Shown piece by piece: positions 1-9,812 of a DNA stretch of 51,623 nucleotides. The position numbers and the translations under genes are program-made. Positions within the stretch are counted from its first letter, which is position 1. Each line of letters begins with the position of its first letter. The notes under the pieces were generated by a model. It searched no databases. It was not told where the DNA came from and saw only the letters and a list, made by a program, of their open reading frames with translations. The DNA is from Verrucomicrobiales bacterium (GTDB taxonomy: Bacteria > Verrucomicrobiota > Verrucomicrobiia > Verrucomicrobiales > V1-33), in the NCBI GenBank assembly GCA_031411295.1, contig JANOAV010000016.1, positions 1 through 51,623 of the forward strand, in the 5' to 3' direction.

Positions 1-54
1 CAATGCTAACTCGGAGCGCTCATCGGCAGTTAAGTGGATGCGGTATTTTTTCAT
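1..54 (-). CDS. IS630-family transposase, N-terminal 18 codons (partial)
   Basis: Manual translation MKKYRIHLTADERSELAL; too short for the ORF track. Confidence 0.65.
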   Translation of the reverse strand, partial: MKKYRIHLTADERSELAL

Positions 55-138
55 ATCGGCCTGTAATAGCACAACAGAGCTCGATCATTAAGATAAATTA
101 ACTAATCCACCCTTCTTTTTTCGTGACTCGGACCACTA
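1..138 (-). mobile_element. Left end of an IS630-family insertion sequence (partial, runs off the window)
   Basis: Minus strand reads (C)TA-GTGGTCCGAGTCACG..., then an ATG at 54 giving MKKYRIHLTADERSELAL, like IS630 transposase N-termini. The junction is a TA (137-138), the IS630 target. AT-richer than the flank and abuts a gene broken mid-domain. Confidence 0.7.
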
Positions 139-2286
139 GCCACCACCGTGACCTGCGCACGTTGCCATGACCATTTCTTCGATCCCGTCCCGACGCGGGA
201 TTACTACAGTCTGCATGGCATTTTCAACAGTTGCGCGGAACCAGACGAACTACCTGTGCTATCGCAATCACGCGATCCTAAAGCCCAGGCGGAATACCTC
301 AAGGAACAGAAGGAACTGACCGAGAAGGGCTATGCGCTGGTGGACAAGGAAATGTGCGCCCAAGCCAGCAAATTCAATCGCCACGCGGAGACGTTTTTGG
401 TTTCCATGACGCATTTGAAAAATGGCAAACGCCTCAATGACCCGGAAGTGCTGGAGTTCATCAAACGGGATGGGGTCCTGCCGGAAAACATCCAGGCCGC
501 CCAACGCTCCATCCAGACGCAAGCCAAGGAAGCGCAGCAGCAACGACAAATGGAAATGAAATCCGAGATGGCTCCCGGCAGCGCCAATCAGGCGACCAAA
601 GTAGCCGCTGGCAAAAAGGAGGATAAAAAGGCCATGAAAGAGGGTAAGCGGAATTTCGAACATCCCGTGTTAGGCCTCTGGATCGAACTCAGTCGCCTGC
701 CTGACAAAACATTTGCCGAGCAGGCCCCGGCCATCATCAATCGATTGACTGCTGAGACCGATCCCAAATCGGTCAACCCGCTGGTAGCCAAAGCGTTCGC
801 AGGGCAGAAGCCCACCACCCTGGAGCAAGTGGCCAAAATCTACGCCTCCGTATTTCAGACTGCTGACGAAGCCTACAAAATTGACCATGAAGCCTGGAAA
901 AAAACCGCCGCCCCCAATGCCCTCTACCCTGGCCTCAAGAACGCTCCGCTGGAGCAGGTGCGCGGGGCGGTCTTTAGCGTCAAACCCTATCTGAAGGAAG
1001 ATTTCGATGACATGCTGCGCGGCCTCAGCCAGGACATGCAGAAAGTGATCGGCGGGATCAGCCGACAGCTTTCCGCCATGGATCTTACGCACCCCGGCAG
1101 CATGGTGCGCGCCAATGTCCTCCAGGATGCAAAGGTCAAGAATTCCAATGTCTTCATCCGTGGAGAGGTCAAATCCCTGGGGCCAGAAGTGCCTCGGCAG
1201 TTCCTCCAATTCATGCAACCGGATCGGAAACCTTATTCGAATAAGGCGAGCGGTCGGCTGGAACTAGCCGAAGCCATCGCCAGTGATAAAAATCCCCTCA
1301 CCGGACGGGTGCTGGTGAATCGAGTCTGGCTCCATCATTTTGGTGAAGGCTTCGTCAATACCCCGGACGACCTCGGGGTCATGAGCGAGGCGCCCAGCCA
1401 CCGTGAGCTGTGCGATTGGCTGGCGGCAACCTTCATGGCCAAAGGATGGTCCATGAAGCAACTGCACAAACTCATCATGGGTTCCGCCGTTTATCAACAA
1501 TCGAGCGATCCCAATCCACAGTTCGCCAAAGCCGATCCCTTCAATCGCCTCCTCTGGCGCGCCAACGTGCGGCGGTTGGATTTCGAAGCCCTGCGCGACA
1601 GCTTGCTGGCCATCGGCGGGAAATTGGATCTCACCATGTTTGGCCATCCCATGAACATCGAGACCGAACCCTACAGCCCACGGCGCACGATTTATGGATT
1701 TGTGGACCGATTGAACATGGCGGAATTCATGAAGAATTTCGACATGGCCAATGCGCAGTTATCCACTGGCAAACGCCACCAAACCGTCGTGCCGCAGCAG
1801 GCGCTCTTCCGCATGAACAGCCTGCTCGTCATCGAACAGGCGCGGAACGTGATTGATCGCCCAGAATTCAAGCGCGCCACCAATGACAATGACAAAATCA
1901 AAGCGCTCTACGAACTCATTTACCAACGCTGGCCGAAGCCGGAGGAAACGAAGCTTGCGCTCACCTTCGTGCATGGCAAGCCAGCGGAATCCAGCCCCGA
2001 AGTGGTAAAGGTGGAGGGTGAAAAGGATCGCGAAGCAAAATTCCGCGCCATCCTCGAAGCCGATCCCAAGACCCTTAACCCGGCCCAACTTAAGAAGCGG
2101 GAGGAAGTCAAAAAATACATGGCAACCAAGCAAATGGCGCAGAACGCCAAGGGCAAAAACACCGGCAAACTGAACGAGTTAGTCAGCGATCCAAACGCGG
2201 AAAAAGTGGACCGCACCGCCCTGGATGCCTGGGAGAAATTCGCCCACGCCCTGCTCATGACCAATGAGGTGGCTTATGTGAATTAA
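139..2286 (+). pseudogene. DUF1549/DUF1553 (PSD1-type) protein, 3' part, interrupted by the IS
   Basis: Begins mid-domain at [24 protein letters not shown] (DUF1549 end). DUF1553 motifs [28 protein letters not shown] and [13 protein letters not shown]. In-frame stop at 124-126 lies inside the IS. Confidence 0.8.
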
Positions 2287-2291
2287 CACCA

Positions 2292-3212
2292 TCAAACCCG
2301 CAGCCACACCACCTTCAAGTAAGAGTCCCCCGTGAAGTCTGCTGGCTGGCTGCCCAGGCTGAGGTCCTGGATTGATCGTCCCGCCTGAACCGCTCCGGTG
2401 CGGAGCATCGTCCGAAAACTTGGCAGGGAAACGCCGTGATGATTCGTGCAGCACAGCACCTGGCCACCCGGTGCCGTGACCTTCATGGCCGCAGCTACCA
2501 AGGCAGGATAATCTTTTTCCACGCGCCAAAGTTTCCCTTCCTGATTGCGGGAGAAGGTGGGGGGATCCAACACCACGAGTTGATACTGGTTGCCTTTGTT
2601 GGCCAACCGTCGCAACCAATCAAAGGAATCTCCGCGACAGAAAAAGTGCCCTTCCGGAGTCAGGTTATTGATCGTGAAATTTCGTTTTCCCCAATCCAGA
2701 TAAGGCCTGGAAAGATCAATGCTGTCCGTCTGGGCCCCTGCTGCGGCACCTGCCACGCTGAAGGCACAGGTATAGGCGAACAGATTCAACATCCGATCGC
2801 CTGCTCGCAAACTGCTGCGAATGCGCTCCCGCTGATAGCGCTGGTCCAAGAATATGCCCTGCGAGTAACCTGCTTGGAAATCGATGTGGAAATGCAGCCC
2901 GTTCTCCAACATCAAAATTTCATCCTCCCGCTGCCCCGCCATGAATTGCGGACTCACTTTATCCTGTTGCTCCAATTGTTTCCACCAGAGGGATTTCCAT
3001 CCGCAATGACCACTCTGGAGGAGATCCTGAGGAAACGTGCCGCCCTTCGTTTGCACCACCCAATGCCCGGCAAAGGTATCGATGAAGAGGCCGTCCACGC
3101 CATCGCCCAGCCCATCGAAGACGCGATAGGCATCGGTGCGGCCATTGGTTAGCTCAGGCCAGGCCAGACGCCTCTGGAGGGCCCGGGCCACGAGTTGTTG
3201 CAACTGAGTCAT
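2292..3212 (-). CDS. Class I SAM-dependent methyltransferase, RlmI/RlmK-like
   Basis: GIFLDQR, LNLFAYTCAFSV, DLSRPYLDWG and VVLDPPTF motifs. Confidence 0.85.
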   Translation of the reverse strand: MTQLQQLVARALQRRLAWPELTNGRTDAYRVFDGLGDGVDGLFIDTFAGHWVVQTKGGTFPQDLLQSGHCGWKSLWWKQLEQQDKVSPQFMAGQREDEILMLENGLHFHIDFQAGYSQGIFLDQRYQRERIRSSLRAGDRMLNLFAYTCAFSVAGAAAGAQTDSIDLSRPYLDWGKRNFTINNLTPEGHFFCRGDSFDWLRRLANKGNQYQLVVLDPPTFSRNQEGKLWRVEKDYPALVAAAMKVTAPGGQVLCCTNHHGVSLPSFRTMLRTGAVQAGRSIQDLSLGSQPADFTGDSYLKVVWLRV

Positions 3213-3224
3213 GCGTCGGCCACG

Positions 3225-3458
3225 CTAGCGCTGAGGCTTTCCCTTCTGCCGGTCCAACCGACGCTGTTCATGGCGGCTCATCGTGTTATACATCTCGCGC
3301 TCGATGGACAGCTTCCTCCGTCGCTCTTGATACCAGCGATAGATCCCCACCCCGGCAAAGATCGCGACCACGATCCCCATGAAAATATAGGGGCCGTGTT
3401 CGGAAATCTTGACGGGGGTGCCATCGATACCTTGGACTAGGAGAAACTGCAGCATCAT
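3225..3458 (-). CDS. Small single-pass membrane protein
   Basis: One hydrophobic helix (IFMGIVVAIFAGVGIY) then a basic tail; fills the gap between co-oriented genes. Start uncertain. Confidence 0.6.
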   Translation of the reverse strand: MMLQFLLVQGIDGTPVKISEHGPYIFMGIVVAIFAGVGIYRWYQERRRKLSIEREMYNTMSRHEQRRLDRQKGKPQR

Positions 3459-3501
3459 TTGAGGAATTAAAAAATCAGGTGACGCGCATTCTAGGCGGTC
3501 C

Positions 3502-4665
3502 TTAGGAATTTGCCAAGCCACGATTTTTCAATTCATGCAGGCACCAAGTATATTCCTTTTCCAACTGATCCGCCACATCGGCCGTGCGCAGATCCTGTGG
3601 GAGCACCCCCCAAGTGTAAGTCTCCATTTCAAGGTGCTGACAGGCCGCAGGCTCCGCCGCCAGCGCATCCAGCACCCCGCAAAGGTGATCCCGGGTATCA
3701 CCAAAGCTCATCTCCGGCAGGGCATGCAGCGGCACATGGAAATGCACCCGCCACTCTTCGCCCAACAATCGTGGATTCTTGGCAGTGGCCGCCAGAGCAT
3801 CCGGTAGATCTTGATAGCGTGTCAACTTACCCTCCTCATCCCGCACGATGGTCTGGTGCAGGTAGGTATCTTCCTGGAATTCGCGCAGATGTTTCAGCGC
3901 CTCATCGCTCGGCACCAACTTCAGTGCGGAGCTAAGGTGAAGCTTGGAAATACGCACCCCGGCAGCTCGGAAGTTCCCCCAGGCCGTGGCTGGTTCTTCG
4001 TATTCGATGGCCAGATGGCAGGTATCATAGTTCACTCCCACACAGCGCTGCAGATCTTCACCCTTTCCTAACTTGGCCAGGAAATCGATCGTTTCCGTGC
4101 TCGTTTCCACATAGCACAAAGGCTCTGGTTCCAACCCCAGATGTAAATCCTGACCTTTTTGATCCGCCAGCCGGGCGATGAATCCGGCACATTCCTGCAG
4201 CTGGGCAATCATTTTGCGTTCCTCATCCGGAGTTACGTTGAAAGCTTTGAACGACCCTGGCAGCGTGCTGACACTCCCCGGCACCCCGGCTGGTAAAATA
4301 TCACTGAGCACCGTGAAGAGGGCCTTGGTGTAATCCAACCGATCCACTTTGTGCCATTCCGGGCGATACACCTGCTCCTTCACCCGCGTGCCATGGAACT
4401 GGCCGTAAGGGAATCCATTGATGGTGAAAACATAGCAACCATGACGCTCCAACCAGCGCTGGAACTGGAGTCGCGTCTGTGGTTCCAACAAAGAACGCAC
4501 CGCTTCCGATCCCAACCGCAAGCCGATAGCGTAAGGCTTGGAAGGGGCCACGCGGTGCTTCACCTCCAAGGTATGAGCCTCCAGCGCTCGCAGCGTTTCC
4601 GCCCAAGTTTCCCCCCGATGAATGTTTGTGCAGTAAGCCAGATGTATCCCATGATTTAGTTCCAT
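3502..4665 (-). CDS. eboE: Metabolite traffic protein EboE (xylose-isomerase-like TIM barrel)
   Basis: HLAYCTNIH, FTINGFPYGQFHGTRVKEQVY, LEPEP, WRVHFHVP, HLEMETYTW. Start trimmed to MELNHG. Confidence 0.9.
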   Translation of the reverse strand: MELNHGIHLAYCTNIHRGETWAETLRALEAHTLEVKHRVAPSKPYAIGLRLGSEAVRSLLEPQTRLQFQRWLERHGCYVFTINGFPYGQFHGTRVKEQVYRPEWHKVDRLDYTKALFTVLSDILPAGVPGSVSTLPGSFKAFNVTPDEERKMIAQLQECAGFIARLADQKGQDLHLGLEPEPLCYVETSTETIDFLAKLGKGEDLQRCVGVNYDTCHLAIEYEEPATAWGNFRAAGVRISKLHLSSALKLVPSDEALKHLREFQEDTYLHQTIVRDEEGKLTRYQDLPDALAATAKNPRLLGEEWRVHFHVPLHALPEMSFGDTRDHLCGVLDALAAEPAACQHLEMETYTWGVLPQDLRTADVADQLEKEYTWCLHELKNRGLANS

Positions 4666-4910
4666 GCGCGCCTCGTAGCGCAAACGCCACCGCGGAGCAA
4701 GCCGAATGACGAACGCGAGCAAGCATGTCGTTCGCCGCAAAGTAGTCAGCATCGCTCCGCGTGCTGACCAGCACGATTCCCCCACCCCATCTAAGCCACG
4801 GACAGGCCAACGCCTGCAGCCTGGCCTGGCACGGATTCCCGTCCCAGCAACATGGTTGCATTTTCCGCCCAAGGGATGCAGTTATCGGAACTCGCAAATT
4901 TATTTTTTCC

Positions 4911-5582
4911 ATGAAACAACATTTCCTCCTCCTAGTTACCCTCCTCTCCCTGCCCGTGCTAAGCCTGCAGGCTCAAGAAAAAGCACCCGCATCCGCTGCC
5001 GCACCTGCAGCCGATGGTTTCACGGCACTCTTTGATGGCAAGACCCTGAATGGCTGGAAGAACGCCTACACTTGGGGTAAGGCTGAAGTCGTGGATGGCG
5101 AAATCCATCTCACAGGCGACAAGAAATTCTTCGTCTGCACCGAGAAGAGCTATGGTGATTTCATCTTCGAGGGGGAAATCCTCCTGCCCGCCGGCCAAGC
5201 CAACAGCGGCTTCATGTTCCGGGCCCATGTGGAGCCCAACAAAGTTTACGGCTACCAATCCGAAGTGGATGGCGACGAGAAACGCGGCTGGTCCGGTGGC
5301 TTGTATGATGAGGGCCGCCGCATGTGGTTCATCAGCCCTATCAAGGGAAATGCCGAGAGCGAAAAGGCCTTCAAAGAACGCTCCAAGGGGGCCTTCAAAC
5401 GCAACGACTGGAACAAATATCGCATCACCTGTCAGGGTAAGAAAATCAAGATCGAGGTTAACGGGGTGACCGTGACGGACGTGGAAGACGACAAGGACGC
5501 CACTGGCCCCATCGGCATCCAACACCATGGCGAAAAAGGCCAGACCTACAAATTCCGCAACCTGCGGATCAAGCCGCTGTAG
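4911..5582 (+). CDS. DUF1080 (3-keto-disaccharide hydrolase family) secreted protein
   Basis: Signal peptide MKQHFLLLVTLL; LFDGKTLNGW, ANSG, WNKYRI, GPIGIQHHG, FRNLRIK. Confidence 0.9.
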   Translation: MKQHFLLLVTLLSLPVLSLQAQEKAPASAAAPAADGFTALFDGKTLNGWKNAYTWGKAEVVDGEIHLTGDKKFFVCTEKSYGDFIFEGEILLPAGQANSGFMFRAHVEPNKVYGYQSEVDGDEKRGWSGGLYDEGRRMWFISPIKGNAESEKAFKERSKGAFKRNDWNKYRITCQGKKIKIEVNGVTVTDVEDDKDATGPIGIQHHGEKGQTYKFRNLRIKPL

Positions 5583-5679
5583 TTGTCGGCTTGGTTGTAG
5601 TCGGGCTGCACCTGATCGCGAGTTTCAAGGAATTTTCCGCTTTGCGGAAATCACTGATTGATTCTAATTTCGGAAATCC

Positions 5680-6242
5680 ATGAGCGTTGTTGTCGGCCCC
5701 CTGTTAACTGCTGCTGAGTATCTCGCCATCGAGCGAGCGGCGGAATCGCGCAGTGAATTTCATGATGGAGTGATGTATGCCATGGCAGGGGGCACCCATC
5801 GCCATAGTCGACTCAAGTCCAGTTGCATGGTGGCATTGGGATTAAGGTTGCGCGGCAAGAAATGTCAGCCCACCGACAGTGATATGCGGGTGCTCGTTCC
5901 GGCCACCGGGCTCTATACCTATCCTGTCTCAGTGTCGTTTGCGGTCCGCCAGAATTTGAGGACGAGCAGCAGGATTGCATCATCAATCCCACCCTGATTG
6001 TTGAAGTGTTATCACCCTCCACTGAACCATATGACCGGGGCAAGAAATTTTGGAATTATCGACACCTGCCGACGCTCACAGATTACGTCCTAATTAACGC
6101 AGAGGAGGTTCTCATCGAGCACTACGCCAGACAGTCATCTGGTCAGTGGTTGCTCACGACGATGGAAGGCCCGGAGGCCATTTGGCGGATAGACTCGCTG
6201 GGCTTGGAGATTCCGCTGAGCGAGATTTTCGCTGATTTGTAG
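5680..6242 (+). pseudogene. Uma2 family endonuclease, frameshifted
   Basis: Two ORFs join to YTYP[D]LSVVCGPPEFEDEQQDCIINPTLIVEVLSPST if one base is restored at 5926/5927. Confidence 0.85.
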
Positions 6243-6336
6243 AGGGCGACGTGAGGAGACCAGCAACAGGCATGCAGGAGCGCGGCAGTCCGACTCGGTT
6301 ATGAGTGCCCAGTTGCACCGGCCATCTCCACGGCTT

Positions 6337-6358
6337 ATGGGCTGAAAGCCCATGCCAC
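6337..6358. repeat. REP-like palindrome ATGGGCTGAAAGCCCATGCCAC
   Basis: Short hairpin with the same ...GCCCATGCCAC foot as the repeats at 8308-8409. Confidence 0.65.
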
Positions 6359-6365
6359 TTTGTTT

Positions 6366-6998
6366 ATGAAAATCCTGATTACTGCTGGTCCCACGCGTGA
6401 ACCAATTGATCCCGTGCGATTCATCTCGAATCGTTCTTCGGGCAAGATGGGCTATGCCTTGGCGGAGGCGGCTCAGGCGGCGGGGCATGAGGTGGTGTTG
6501 ATTTCTGGGCCAACCAATCTGGCCGCTCCGGCAGGGGTGGAATTTCACCGGATCGAAACCGCAGATCAGCTTTGGCAGGCGGTGCAGGAAAACTTAACAG
6601 GGGTGGAGTTGGCGATTTTTGCCGCCGCCGTGGCAGACTATCGCGTGGCGGAGGTGGCTCCGCAGAAGCTCAAAAAGCAGGCGGACGAAATGACGCTGCA
6701 GTTGGTCAAGAACGTGGACATCCTGGGTTCCATGCGGGCGGCGGAGTATCGGGGGGCGCTCGTGGGCTTTGCGGCGGAGACGCAGGATTTACTTCTTCAC
6801 GCCCAATCCAAGCTTCAGCGTAAAGGGTGTGATCTCATCATTGCCAATGATGTTTCCGCTGCGGGGATCGGGTTCGATGCGGACGAAAATGCGGTCACGC
6901 TGGTCTTTGCCGATGGCCATCACGAAAATTTACCCCGACAGGCGAAATCGGCTCTGGCTGAAAAACTCATTGGCGTCTGCGCGAATCTGGTGAAGTAA
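6366..6998 (+). CDS. coaB: Phosphopantothenate-cysteine ligase (stand-alone CoaB domain)
   Basis: [47 protein letters not shown]. Confidence 0.92.
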   Translation: MKILITAGPTREPIDPVRFISNRSSGKMGYALAEAAQAAGHEVVLISGPTNLAAPAGVEFHRIETADQLWQAVQENLTGVELAIFAAAVADYRVAEVAPQKLKKQADEMTLQLVKNVDILGSMRAAEYRGALVGFAAETQDLLLHAQSKLQRKGCDLIIANDVSAAGIGFDADENAVTLVFADGHHENLPRQAKSALAEKLIGVCANLVK

Positions 6999-7007
6999 GA
7001 CGGGACT

Positions 7008-7805
7008 ATGATGCCCTCCTCTACTGAAATCGATTCCTTTCTCGCCACCGCCACTGCTGCTGCCCACGCGGCGGGTGCGTTTATTAAATCCCACTATGGC
7101 GAAGCGCCTGTGGTGAATGAAATGAAGAAATACGACATCAAACTGGAGCTTGATGTGAAGAGCCAGGAGATGATCGAAGGTATCCTGCTCGAAACCTTTC
7201 CGGACCACGCGATCTATGGCGAAGAAGGCCTGGCGGGCAATCAAGCCAGCCCGTTCCAATGGATCGTGGATCCCATCGATGGCACAGTGAACTATTTCTA
7301 TGGCATCCCGCACTTCTGCGTCAGCATCGCGCTGCGGCACGAAGGTCAGATCATCGTGGGCGTCATTTTCGATCCGATGATGAACGATCTCTGGCTGGCG
7401 CGGCGTGATGGCAAGCCAACCCTGAACGGCAAGGAAATCCATGTCAGTGATCGCAGCGATCTGGCGGATGCCGTCGTGACCGTCGGTTTCAGCAAGAGCA
7501 AAGCCAGCATCGATGCCGGCTTCAAACGCTTCGTGGACATTGCGTATCGCGTGCGCAAAACCCGCATGTTAGGCAGTGCCGCCCTCGCCATGGCTTACAT
7601 TTCCTGTGGCCGTTTGGATGCCTACATCGAGGAAATCATCAGCCTCTGGGATGTGGCTGCTGGCCTGCTGTTAGTGGAAACCGCTGGTGGAGCCACCAAA
7701 CTGTTCTCCAAAGACAGCGTGGGCGAAAAATACAGCCTCTGCTCCAGCAACGGCCTGCTGCCGTTGGACGAATTCATGACAGAAATGGGCAACCCCGCAC
7801 TCTAA
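7008..7805 (+). CDS. suhB: Inositol monophosphatase family protein
   Basis: GEE, WIVDPIDGTVNY, RMLGSAAL, WDVAAG. Confidence 0.9.
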   Translation: MMPSSTEIDSFLATATAAAHAAGAFIKSHYGEAPVVNEMKKYDIKLELDVKSQEMIEGILLETFPDHAIYGEEGLAGNQASPFQWIVDPIDGTVNYFYGIPHFCVSIALRHEGQIIVGVIFDPMMNDLWLARRDGKPTLNGKEIHVSDRSDLADAVVTVGFSKSKASIDAGFKRFVDIAYRVRKTRMLGSAALAMAYISCGRLDAYIEEIISLWDVAAGLLLVETAGGATKLFSKDSVGEKYSLCSSNGLLPLDEFMTEMGNPAL

Positions 7806-7811
7806 CGCACC

Positions 7812-8285
7812 ATGATCCGCACCGGCATCGGTTACGACGTTCATCAACTGGTCACGGGCCGTCCCTTGATTCTCGGGGGCGTGGACATCCCGCACACCCA
7901 TGGACTGGACGGGCATTCGGATGCGGATGTCCTCTGCCATGCGATTGCGGATGCGCTGCTGGGCTCCATGGGCCTGCCGGACATTGGTCATTATTTCCCG
8001 CCCACGGACCAAAGCATTAAGGGCATCAGCAGTCTGGAAATTTTACGCCAAGTAGCCGCCATCCTGAAGGCGGAAGGAGCCACGATAAATAACATCGACA
8101 GCACCCTGATTGCCGAGCGCCCGAAGATTCTAATCCACGTCCCGCAGATGAAACAGAATTTGGCCGATGCGTTAGGGATCAAACCAAATCAAGTCGGAGT
8201 AAAAGCCACCACCAACGAACGCATGGGCTTCCCGGGTCGGGAAGAAGGCATGTGCGCCATGGCCGTGGCTACGGTGGAGGCATAG
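7812..8285 (+). CDS. ispF: 2-C-methyl-D-erythritol 2,4-cyclodiphosphate synthase
   Basis: [38 protein letters not shown]. Confidence 0.97.
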   Translation: MIRTGIGYDVHQLVTGRPLILGGVDIPHTHGLDGHSDADVLCHAIADALLGSMGLPDIGHYFPPTDQSIKGISSLEILRQVAAILKAEGATINNIDSTLIAERPKILIHVPQMKQNLADALGIKPNQVGVKATTNERMGFPGREEGMCAMAVATVEA

Positions 8286-8307
8286 AAGGCACGCCGTCGA
8301 CCTCATC

Positions 8308-8409
8308 GTGGCATGGGCGTCCCGCCCAAAAGCCCCAACGCGAACGTCATACCCGCCACACGAGTGAATGGCTCATGTTCCCGGCTGATGGGCGGGACGC
8401 CCATGCCAC
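8308..8409. repeat. Inverted REP pair (REPIN-like)
   Basis: Perfect 21-bp inverted repeat GTGGCATGGGCGTCCCGCCCA (8308-8328) / TGGGCGGGACGCCCATGCCAC (8389-8409); each unit is also internally palindromic. Confidence 0.85.
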
Positions 8410-8412
8410 AGC

Positions 8413-8489
8413 ATGCGTTTGCACCGTGCCGTCCACTTCTTCTTCATCCAGTTTCTTTATCGGCCCGGCTTTCCATTGGGCCGCCGCCC
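8413..8489 (-). pseudogene. Short diverged fragment of the 15214-16206 gene family
   Basis: Encodes AAAQWKAGPIKKLDEEEVDGTVQTH versus AAPQWKAGPKTKLEEEETEGTVQTH at 15556-15632. Confidence 0.85.
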
Positions 8490-8533
8490 TGAAAAAGCAA
8501 TTTACTATCGGACCGACAGAAATAGACTGAAAA

Positions 8534-9790
8534 ATGCCACCACCTGCCCTCGATAGTCCTGAACTCTTACAATCCATCGCCATTGCCTTGGGGCTCGGCC
8601 TCCTCGTGGGCTTGCAGAGAGAGTGGGAGCACAATCCACTTGCCGGCATCCGCACCTTTGCCCTCGCCAGTCTTTTCGGGGCTCTGAGCGGTGTCATGGG
8701 CCAGGCCTACGGTGGGTGGGTGATCGCTGGTGCTTTGGTGGCATTCAGCGCGATGATCGTGCCCGGTTATATCGCCTCTCTCAGGAACACTGAGTCTGGC
8801 CCCGGACTCACCACGGAGATTGCGATGCTCATTATTTTTTCCTCCGGGGTGATCGCAGTCATGGGCTACCACGTTGTCGCGGTCGTCGTCGCGGCCAGTG
8901 TCATGGTCCTCTTGCAGAGTAAAAAGAGGCTGCACCAGCTGGTGCATGCCATTGGCGAAAACGATCTCCGAGAGATCGCTCGACTCGTGCTCATCGGCCT
9001 GGTCATTCTGCCCGTGCTGCCTAATAAATCGTATGGCTACGAAGGCGTGCTCAATCCCTTTTCCATCTGGCTCATGGTCGTCCTCATCGTGGCTATCAGC
9101 CTCGCAGCTTACTTGGCCAGCAAGTTCCTTGGTCATTCGCGCGGCATCACCATCGCTGGCATTTTAGGAGGCCTTATCTCCAGCACCGCCACCACGGCCA
9201 GCATCTCCCGCCGCAGCAAAGAACCCTCCGCCCACGCCCTGCCATTGGCGGTCATCACGCTGATTTCGTCCGCCGTGGTTTTTGTGCGCGTCATCGTAGA
9301 GGTCATGCTCGTCGGCCCCAAAGTTATCTCGCAAATGCTTCCGCCTCTGCTGGGAGTTATGGTCGTGGCTGGCATCATTGCCGCCGTCACCCACCGTCTT
9401 GCCGTGAAATCACTGATAGCAAACGCGGAGGAGGCTCCACCGTCTGAGTTGAAAGGCGCGGTTGTCTTTGGTCTTCTCTACGTTTTCGTTCTGCTTGCGG
9501 TGTCGTTTGCCCGGAAAAACTTCGGAGATGCCGGCCTCTACACCGTTGCCGCCATATCGGGGCTCACGGACATGGACGCGATCACGCTCTCGACGGCCAG
9601 TTTGGCGAACAAGGGCCAGATCGACGCATCCACCGCTTGGCGGGTCATCATGACCGCAGGTCTGGCGAATATCTTGTTCAAATCCGGACTCGTCATCGCC
9701 ATGGGCTCGCGGGCCTTCATCCGGCCGGTGTTGATTGGATTTGCCATCACCTTCGCAGTGGGTTTGGGTATCACCTTACTTTGGCCTTAA
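8534..9790 (+). CDS. MgtC/SapB family membrane protein with DUF4010 domain
   Basis: GLLVGLQRE, AGIRTF, GLTTE, LGGLISSTATT, SGLTDMDAITLS; many TM helices. Confidence 0.9.
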   Translation: MPPPALDSPELLQSIAIALGLGLLVGLQREWEHNPLAGIRTFALASLFGALSGVMGQAYGGWVIAGALVAFSAMIVPGYIASLRNTESGPGLTTEIAMLIIFSSGVIAVMGYHVVAVVVAASVMVLLQSKKRLHQLVHAIGENDLREIARLVLIGLVILPVLPNKSYGYEGVLNPFSIWLMVVLIVAISLAAYLASKFLGHSRGITIAGILGGLISSTATTASISRRSKEPSAHALPLAVITLISSAVVFVRVIVEVMLVGPKVISQMLPPLLGVMVVAGIIAAVTHRLAVKSLIANAEEAPPSELKGAVVFGLLYVFVLLAVSFARKNFGDAGLYTVAAISGLTDMDAITLSTASLANKGQIDASTAWRVIMTAGLANILFKSGLVIAMGSRAFIRPVLIGFAITFAVGLGITLLWP

Positions 9791-9812
9791 TTTTTTTCAT
9801 CAATCCCCCCTC

